64,000 nt of DNA. It comes from Deltaproteobacteria bacterium. Its GTDB lineage: Bacteria > Desulfobacterota > Desulfobulbia > Desulfobulbales > Desulfurivibrionaceae. The notes under the pieces were generated by a model. It was given only the letters and a program-made list of their open reading frames with translations, was not told the DNA's origin and did not search any database. The stretch spans positions 3,194 through 67,193 of the forward strand of contig JAJZRJ010000011.1 of assembly GCA_021802775.1 (NCBI GenBank), written 5' to 3'. Numbering within the stretch: position 1 is the stretch's first letter; the number at the start of each line of letters is the position of its first letter. Positions 59,749 through 64,000 of this stretch are shown one piece after another. The position numbers and the translations under genes are program-made.

Positions 59749-60261
59749 CTACTCCTCGAAACGCTTCAAAACGCCCTCGCCCACCACCTGCCCGATATCA
59801 AGCAGGATCTTCACCTCGCCCTTGACCTTGGCCATGCCGAGGATGTTGGTCGTTTCCCGGGAGACCCCGAGGGCGGGCGGCGGCTCAATCTCGCCGGCGG
59901 TGATGTTGAGCACCTCGGAGACCGAATCGACCACCATGCCCACCTGCACCGGACCGCTCCGGCCCTGCACCTCGACCACGATGATGCAGGTGCGCTCGTT
60001 GTACTCCGCCGGCGGCATGGCGAATTTAAGCCGCAGGTCGAGTATCGGGATCACGCGGCCGCGCAAGTTGATGACCCCCTTGATGTAGTTCGGGGTATGG
60101 GGCACCGCGGTGATTTCCATCACGCCGATGATCTCGCGCACCTTGAGAATGCCCAGGCCGTAATCCTCGTTCCCCAAGGAAAAGGTCAGATATTTGCCGG
60201 CCAGATTGCCGACGCCTTCCCCACCCTGTCCTAACCGTACTTCCGCAGCAGCTTCCATCAA
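59749..60261 (-). CDS. cheW: Chemotaxis coupling protein CheW
   Basis: 170 aa; YLTFSLGNEDYGLGILKVREIIG...GVINLRGRVIPILDLR...VGMVVDSVSEVL. Confidence 0.93.
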   Translation of the reverse strand: MMEAAAEVRLGQGGEGVGNLAGKYLTFSLGNEDYGLGILKVREIIGVMEITAVPHTPNYIKGVINLRGRVIPILDLRLKFAMPPAEYNERTCIIVVEVQGRSGPVQVGMVVDSVSEVLNITAGEIEPPPALGVSRETTNILGMAKVKGEVKILLDIGQVVGEGVLKRFEE

Positions 60262-60302
60262 TTCCTCCTTTTCATGACGTACGACCCGTCACCACGGCCT
60301 TG

Positions 60303-62537
60303 CTATTCCACGCTTGAGGCGATAACCCCGGCCAAATCGAGGATGAGGCCGACCCGGCCGTCGCCGAGGATGGTCCCGCCGGCAACGCCGGGGACATCCT
60401 GCATGCCGCCCAGGTTTTTGATCACCACCTCTTCCTTGCCGAGCAGTTCATCGACCATCAGAGCCCGCTTGCGGCCTTCGTTCTCCACCACCACCACGAT
60501 AGCGTCACAAGGGTCGGTATAGGTGGTGGCCTGCACATCAAAAATCTGGTAGAGCCGGATAATGGGAATCAACTCGCCCCGCACCAGCAGCGTCTCGGCG
60601 CGGTTGTGCACGGTATTGTAATTCTTGCGGTCCGGCCGCATCGACTCCTGGATGGCAATGGTGGGGATGATGTACCGTTCGCTGCCCACCCGCACGATGA
60701 TGCCGTCGATAATGGCCAGGGTGAGCGGCAGCCGGATGACGAAGAGACACCCCTTGCCCGGCTGGCTGTGCACCTCCACTTTGCCGCGCAATTTTTCCAC
60801 CGCCTTCTTGACCACGTCCATGCCCACACCCCGGCCAGAGACGTCGGTGATCTTCTCGGCCGTGGAAAAACCGGGCATGAAGATGAGGTTGTTGAGTTCG
60901 TGTTCGGAGAGGGCTTCCCCGGCCTGGATCAGCCCGCGGCTCACCGCCTTCTGTTTGATCCGCTGGGTGTTGAGCCCCTCGCCGTCGTCCTCGATCTCGA
61001 TCACCATGTTGCCGCCCTTCTGGTAGGCGCGCAGATGGACGGTACCGGTGGCGGGCTTGCCGACCTTGCTCCGCTCGTCCGGGCTCTGGATGGCGTGGTC
61101 CACCGAGTTGCGCATCATGTGGACCAGCGGGTCGTAGATCGAATCGACCATGTTGCGGTCGATCTCGGTTTCCGCCCCCTCCATGATGAGATCGACCTTC
61201 TTGCCGGTCTTCTTGGAGAGATCGCGCACCAGCCGGATCATCTTGTCGAAGGTCTGACGGATCGGCACCATGCGCATGGCCATGGCGGTCCGCTGCAAAT
61301 CCGAGGTGATCCGGCTCAGCTGCGAAAAATCCTTGGCGAGTTTCGGATCGGCGAGTTTGGCCACCAGGGGGTTCTGCCGCACCAGCGACTGCATGATCAC
61401 CAGCTCGCCTACGGCATTGACCAGGGCGTCGAGTTTTTCCACATCGACCTTGATGGAAGAACCCAGCCGCTTGCGCTGACTTCCCTTGTTATCGGCGGCG
61501 GCTCCGCCGCGCTGGCCTGTTTCCTCCTCCTCGACCGGCGCCGGCTCGACGGTGGCAATCGCCCCGGGCCGTGCCGCCGGCCGTGCCGGAGCCACTGGCG
61601 CCGCGGCTGCAACCGGTGTCGCGACCGGAGGTGTCTCCACTACCGATGGCGCCGCCTCCACCGAGGCGGCCTCACCCTCCTGCAGCTGTCTGATTCGCGC
61701 CAGAAAGGCGGAGATGTCGGTTTCCTGGTAGCGTTCCGGTCCGCCCTCCAGCACCTCCTTGATGTTCTGCACCATGTCCTTGAGGCAGTCGCCGACGCCG
61801 AGAACGATATCGATCACATCCGAGTCCATGGGAAGTTTGCCGTTACGGACATCGTCCAGCAGGTTCTCGGTGGCATGGGCGAGCTTGTTGATGGTCTTGA
61901 GGTTGAGGAAACCGGAAACGCCCTTGATGGTATGGAAGGGGCGGAAGATGTTGTTGATGATCTCCTGGTCGTCAGGGTTCTGTTCGAGTTCCAGCACGTT
62001 GATCTCGATGGATTCAAGATGCTCGAAAGCCTCGTCGATAAAACCGCTCAGCAGCTCCTTGTCCTGGAGAAAATCAGCCGCCGGGCTGGCGCCGCCCGCA
62101 GGTGGGGCAGCGGGCGAAGCCTGTTCCGCGGCCGGCGATCGTCTCGCCACCGCCGCCGGCGAGGCGGCGGCCAGATCGGCGGCATCCACGGTATACCCAA
62201 CCCCGCCAAGGCTGGCGGCAAAGGCATTCAGGGTCGCCTCATCCGCCACCCCCTCCTTGCGGACCACTTCCTGCATCTGGGCGAGGCAACGGCCCAGCGA
62301 CTCATAATTCTCCGCGGAATCGGGCAATTCCGCCATGATGATTTTTTCGAGGGCCGCGCGGAATGCCTTGCCCATCCCTTGCAGCACCGGAGTGTTGGCG
62401 TTTTCCTTGCACGTCACCAACCGTTCGCCGAGATCCAGCAGGTCGCCAACCACCGACAGATCGCCCGGTTCGACCATCAGAATCTTCAAAGCCATATCAT
62501 CCAGCAGTTCGGAAACTGCCTTCCCTGTCTCGGTCAT
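60303..62537 (-). CDS. cheA: Chemotaxis histidine kinase CheA
   Basis: Hpt site FRPFHTIKGVSGF, the dimerisation and HATPase regions (HMMRNSVDHAI, GRGVGMDVV), and a C-terminal CheW-like domain. The ATG at 62537 (MTETGKAV...) is preferred over the track start at 62639. Confidence 0.95.
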   Translation of the reverse strand: MTETGKAVSELLDDMALKILMVEPGDLSVVGDLLDLGERLVTCKENANTPVLQGMGKAFRAALEKIIMAELPDSAENYESLGRCLAQMQEVVRKEGVADEATLNAFAASLGGVGYTVDAADLAAASPAAVARRSPAAEQASPAAPPAGGASPAADFLQDKELLSGFIDEAFEHLESIEINVLELEQNPDDQEIINNIFRPFHTIKGVSGFLNLKTINKLAHATENLLDDVRNGKLPMDSDVIDIVLGVGDCLKDMVQNIKEVLEGGPERYQETDISAFLARIRQLQEGEAASVEAAPSVVETPPVATPVAAAAPVAPARPAARPGAIATVEPAPVEEEETGQRGGAAADNKGSQRKRLGSSIKVDVEKLDALVNAVGELVIMQSLVRQNPLVAKLADPKLAKDFSQLSRITSDLQRTAMAMRMVPIRQTFDKMIRLVRDLSKKTGKKVDLIMEGAETEIDRNMVDSIYDPLVHMMRNSVDHAIQSPDERSKVGKPATGTVHLRAYQKGGNMVIEIEDDGEGLNTQRIKQKAVSRGLIQAGEALSEHELNNLIFMPGFSTAEKITDVSGRGVGMDVVKKAVEKLRGKVEVHSQPGKGCLFVIRLPLTLAIIDGIIVRVGSERYIIPTIAIQESMRPDRKNYNTVHNRAETLLVRGELIPIIRLYQIFDVQATTYTDPCDAIVVVVENEGRKRALMVDELLGKEEVVIKNLGGMQDVPGVAGGTILGDGRVGLILDLAGVIASSVE

Positions 62538-63081
62538 ATCGCAACTTCCCTCTCCGGCAAAGAAAACAGACGCAATATCGTGCCCAAGTTGTTCCCGGCA
62601 GCAGACAGCCCCCTGCCCGGCAGGCCGGAAAGCATTCAACGCAAATCACGGCGCTCAATCTTTATATAGTTCCCAAACCATGGTAACTTTTGCAAGTTTT
62701 TTTCGCATCATAACGAGGATTGCCTGTACATACCTTGCGCCATTTGCCCGCCGGACAAGGGGCACATCTCCCATTTCCTCACAAAATTGGCGTAAAATTC
62801 ACGAGTTGGCGCATTTACACTTGCCTTATGAAGCGTACTCGGGTAAAAGGGTCCACAAACGCAGCAACCCGACCCAACGAATCCCATCGGCTGCCGGGGT
62901 GAAGAAAATAGAAGCGAGCCGGCCGCGGTCCAGACCTTCTGCGCTTTTCGCTCTCTTGATCAATGTCCTTTTCCCCTTTTCCCGGCAGCCCCCATAAGCA
63001 TATCCCCAGGAGGAAGGCGTGCAACTCTCCAACCGCACCTCAAACCGTATTACCCTAACCCGCGGCACCTTCGCGGCCCTG

Positions 63082-64000
63082 ATGCTCTGTTGCACGTTGG
63101 TCGCCTGCGCCCCCTTGGAGGGAGGCGACAACGACATCGCTCCGCCCCGCGCGGCCAGAACCCAGCCCCCTCTCCCCCCGGTCATGACCTTCGCCCAGGC
63201 GGCACCTCAACTCACCCTGAAGGCGCCGCTCATCGACCCAGAGGATGAAGACTCGATCATCGTTATGCCGATGGAGGCGGGAGAGACACGCGGAAGCGCC
63301 CAGACCGGAGAGGGCGACATCTTGGAAGAAGCCCGCCCAGCGACCACGACGGACGCTCCGGAAGTGACCTTTGATTTTCCGATGGTCATGAACCAGCAGG
63401 TGGAATACTACGTCGATTATTTTCGGAACAACCTCCGCCGCAGATTCACCGACTGGCTCGGCCGCGCCAACCGCTACCTGCCGATGATCCAGGAAAAATT
63501 CCGCAACGCCGGGCTGCCCGAGGATCTCGCCTACCTGCCGCTCATCGAAAGCGGCTTCAGTCTCACGGCCTATTCTCCAGCCAGCGCCGTCGGCCCCTGG
63601 CAGTTCATGCGCGGCACCGCAAAACGGTATGGCCTGACCGTCAACGACTACGTGGACGAACGCCGCGACCCGGTCAAATCCACCCAGGCCGCGGTCGAAT
63701 ATCTTCGCGATCTCTATGACGAGTTCGGCTCGTGGCACCTGGCGGTGGCTGCCTACAACGCCGGCGAAGGCCGGATTCGCCGGGCCACCCAGAAATATGA
63801 GACCGACGATTTCTGGGAAATTGCCGCGACGCGCCACCTGAGCATCGAGACCCAGCAGTACGTGCCCAAACTGATCGCTGCCATCATGATCGCCAAGGAG
63901 CCGGAAAAGTACGGCCTCACCGGCATCAACTGCGACGACACCTTCTGCTACGAGACGGTCTATGTGCCGCGCCGCACCGCTCTGGCGGCGGTGGCGCTGG
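63082..64000 (+). CDS. Lytic murein transglycosylase (MltD/SLT family), partial; runs off the right edge
   Basis: The frame-1 translation reads ...MLCCTLVACAPLEGG...LPLIESGFSLTAYSPASAVGPWQFMRGTAKRYGL...LAVAAYNAGEGRIRRA (SLT catalytic region). There is no stop before 64000. The N-terminus is problematic (see findings). Confidence 0.85.
   Translation, partial: MLCCTLVACAPLEGGDNDIAPPRAARTQPPLPPVMTFAQAAPQLTLKAPLIDPEDEDSIIVMPMEAGETRGSAQTGEGDILEEARPATTTDAPEVTFDFPMVMNQQVEYYVDYFRNNLRRRFTDWLGRANRYLPMIQEKFRNAGLPEDLAYLPLIESGFSLTAYSPASAVGPWQFMRGTAKRYGLTVNDYVDERRDPVKSTQAAVEYLRDLYDEFGSWHLAVAAYNAGEGRIRRATQKYETDDFWEIAATRHLSIETQQYVPKLIAAIMIAKEPEKYGLTGINCDDTFCYETVYVPRRTALAAVAL

Noticed and set aside
60606-62669. 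687-aa plus-strand ORF
   Set aside because: It lies antisense to cheA. It is a shadow ORF.

Overview
GC-rich chromosomal window from a dissimilatory sulfur-metabolising bacterium. The dsrA/dsrB/dsrD and sat sequences look Desulfobulbales-like, but that placement is inference only. Everything here was read by eye from the sequence and ORF track; no database search was run.

Gene content, left to right:
- secA (partial), a GNAT gene, a SPOR gene, argS, alr, a ferredoxin gene, and a Phd/RelE toxin-antitoxin pair.
- A CbiA-family amidase gene (possible dsrN), then a plus-strand TPR / zinc-ribbon-HEAT / TPR operon, then dsrABD on the minus strand with a divergent DUF134 gene.
- dinB, a GGDEF gene, clpB, an M48 protease gene, and a flavoprotein gene.
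- A membrane PLD gene followed by a signalling block: a hybrid histidine kinase, a micro-ORF, a second kinase and an NtrC-type activator.
- A sigma54-type promoter in front of an operon encoding a receiver protein, Hsp20, a NifX-like protein and a hypothetical protein.
- A CoADR-rhodanese (Npsr-like) oxidoreductase gene.
- An unusual trio: a ComEA-PLD fusion, a type IA topoisomerase look-alike that appears to lack the catalytic Tyr, and an FGE-domain protein with a hyper-acidic repeat region.
- aroB, sat, a flagellar filament cluster (fliC, fliD, fliS, flaG), and vapBC.
- A tatC gene broken at a homopolymer, a PBP5-like carboxypeptidase gene with a Lys-rich repeat, and ogt.
- A cheA-W-R-D-HDOD-Y-X-B operon and a partial mltD-like gene.

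I found no rRNA, tRNA, CRISPR array, transposase or integrase. The long ORFs antisense to real genes are GC-driven shadow ORFs.

The most unusual items are:
- the topoisomerase-like / FGE / ComEA-PLD neighbourhood;
- the operon inserted between dsrD and the dsrN-like gene;
- a 221-bp element bounded by terminal inverted repeats, with a 39-nt near-identical copy 9 kb away;
- a coupled micro-ORF between the two kinases;
- two homopolymer-associated frameshifts, which may be assembly errors.
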